A DNA stretch of 63,690 nt, from positions 1 to 63,690 of the forward strand of contig CAIUOX010000038.1 in the NCBI GenBank assembly GCA_903900935.1. Direction: 5' to 3'. The position numbers and the translations under genes are program-made. Shown here piece after piece: positions 62,667 through 63,690 of this stretch; within the stretch, counting starts at the first letter, position 1, and each line of letters starts with the position of its first letter. This DNA is from an uncultured bacterium (lineage in GTDB: Bacteria > Patescibacteriota > Minisyncoccia > Phycocordibacterales > PALSA-1337). Under the pieces are notes generated by a model that made no database searches, was not told the origin of the DNA, and was given only the letters and a program-made list of their open reading frames with translations.

Positions 62667-63690
62667 TTATTGTGGTGGTAGGAAAGTAGCGGTTATTGAT
62701 TTATTATCAGTTAATGTAAATGTGCATGTTTGGGATACGTTTCCTCCGTTACACGTTACTCCGCTCCAACTGTCAAATGTATATCCAGACCATGGAGTTT
62801 CCCTTAAGGTGACCAAAGAATTTGTAGGAATAATAGTAAATACACCAGGAGTTTGACCTGATCCACCACCTTGCCAAGGGGCACGAGTATAGTTTAGGTG
62901 AGAACCTGCTAAGTCGGCTACATTACCAGCTCCATCTATAGTCACACTTATTTGTTTGCTTGGTGTGGTGGTGAAATAAGCATGAGCATTTTTATTACTA
63001 TCAACAACTACATCACATATTGGGTTGGTTGAATTACTACATGAGCCGTAGTCCATCCATGCTGCAAAATAATTTTCTAAATAATCAGTTGCAGTTATTT
63101 GTGTATGTGAATTGAGATCAAAATCAGCAGAACAAGTTCCACTACTAGAATTATTAGATAGTATACAATTAATTCCTGGAGGATTGCTTGTTATTTTTCC
63201 TGAAACACCCCAGACATCAACAGAAATTGTTCTTTTTCCTGTTTCGGTGACAGTTATGGGTATATCTCTTGTTAATATTTTTCCATTAGTAGTATCAGTA
63301 ACTGTGAATGTCAGAGTATAATCTCCTACTTTATCAAATGTCCAAAGAAAATATCCTGGAAATCCATAATCTGGCCAAGTTTCATTGTATGAATTTGTCC
63401 AACCAAATGTCCAACTAAATGTATAGTCAAGAGAGTCATTATTTGGATTTGAAACACTAACAGCAAATGAAGCCTGATTTCCTACGGTAATAGTTGAAGG
63501 AACAGATATTTCTAATTGTGCTATTCCTGTACTTGGTTTTTGATAAGAAGGATACCCTGTATCTGGATATCTAACAATATCTGATACACCGATTGGTATT
63601 GTTACCACAACAGGATCTTCAACTGGATCAGTAGATTTCAATTCACTGACATAATTGAATGAAGCAGTTTGGGTTGTTGGGAGACCACTA
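62667..63690 (-). CDS. Surface/secreted protein with a PKD/Ig-like domain and two divergent InlB B-repeat-like domains (5' end outside the window)
   Basis: Two repeats of the pattern G.V.S.P.GI.C......C.a.f......v...A.....F..W.....C......C.V.......A.F. The reading frame stays open upstream of the track start (a TTG) all the way to position 63690, so the gene is partial. Confidence 0.65.
   Translation of the reverse strand, partial: SGLPTTQTASFNYVSELKSTDPVEDPVVVTIPIGVSDIVRYPDTGYPSYQKPSTGIAQLEISVPSTITVGNQASFAVSVSNPNNDSLDYTFSWTFGWTNSYNETWPDYGFPGYFLWTFDKVGDYTLTFTVTDTTNGKILTRDIPITVTETGKRTISVDVWGVSGKITSNPPGINCILSNNSSSGTCSADFDLNSHTQITATDYLENYFAAWMDYGSCSNSTNPICDVVVDSNKNAHAYFTTTPSKQISVTIDGAGNVADLAGSHLNYTRAPWQGGGSGQTPGVFTIIPTNSLVTLRETPWSGYTFDSWSGVTCNGGNVSQTCTFTLTDNKSITATFLPPQ

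Noticed and set aside
1-63690. CRISPR arrays, transposases, integrases, rRNA genes.
   Set aside because: I saw no regularly spaced direct repeats and no ORF translation with DDE, tyrosine- or serine-recombinase or Cas signatures. I saw no rRNA-like conserved strings either.

Overview
This is a gene-dense, AT-rich bacterial chromosome segment made almost entirely of housekeeping genes. In order it carries yraN, tRNA-Pro and tRNA-Gly, HU, a RelE/RHH toxin-antitoxin pair, RNase Y, clpP, rsmE, trigger factor, an H+/Na+-pyrophosphatase and nusA. A type IV pilus and competence block follows: pilB, pilC, three pseudopilin-like genes, recJ, and a ComEC split into two ORFs. Next come tpiA-pgk, a HIT protein, RNase HI and rpmB. 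The str, S10 and spc ribosomal supercluster runs from rpsL to rplO, then secY, adk and map. The window ends with ndk, a beta-CASP RNase, infC-rpmI-rplT, a PLD-family protein, smpB plus tmRNA, and a surface protein cut by the window edge. L30 is missing between rpsE and rplO, metabolism is sparse, T4P occurs with ComEC, and many r-proteins carry extensions. These features fit a reduced-genome Patescibacteria/CPR-like organism, but that assignment is inference only.

Main second-look items:
1. Translation signals: many first genes have a -10 hexamer exactly 6-7 nt before the ATG, and native genes have essentially no Shine-Dalgarno. This suggests leaderless or non-SD initiation. The few ORFs that do carry SD-like tracts are codon-atypical hypothetical genes.
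2. Broken operons: a 3.1-kb insertion (membrane protein, GlcG-like protein, LysA-like decarboxylase) splits rplB from rpsS. An ORF6N module splits rpsG from fusA. Terminator-promoter breaks also occur between rplE and rpsN and between secY and adk.
3. Dispersed motifs: TACGAAT/ATTCGTA clusters sit at internal promoter-like sites of the ribosomal cluster. A related hairpin element lies upstream of both fusA and tuf. The 11-mer GCTGTGGCGAA sits about 70 nt upstream of two divergent paralogous hypothetical genes.
4. Possible small RNAs: two noncoding units are each delimited by a promoter and a terminator, and I could not identify either.
5. Long repeats: two perfect or near-perfect inverted repeats of 35-38 bp.
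6. Domain-architecture oddities: trigger factor lacks its PPIase domain, a DnaA domain IV occurs as a stand-alone protein, RNase HI carries a C-terminal hybrid-binding domain, and the ComEC MBL domain is degenerate.

No CRISPR array, integrase or transposase was seen.
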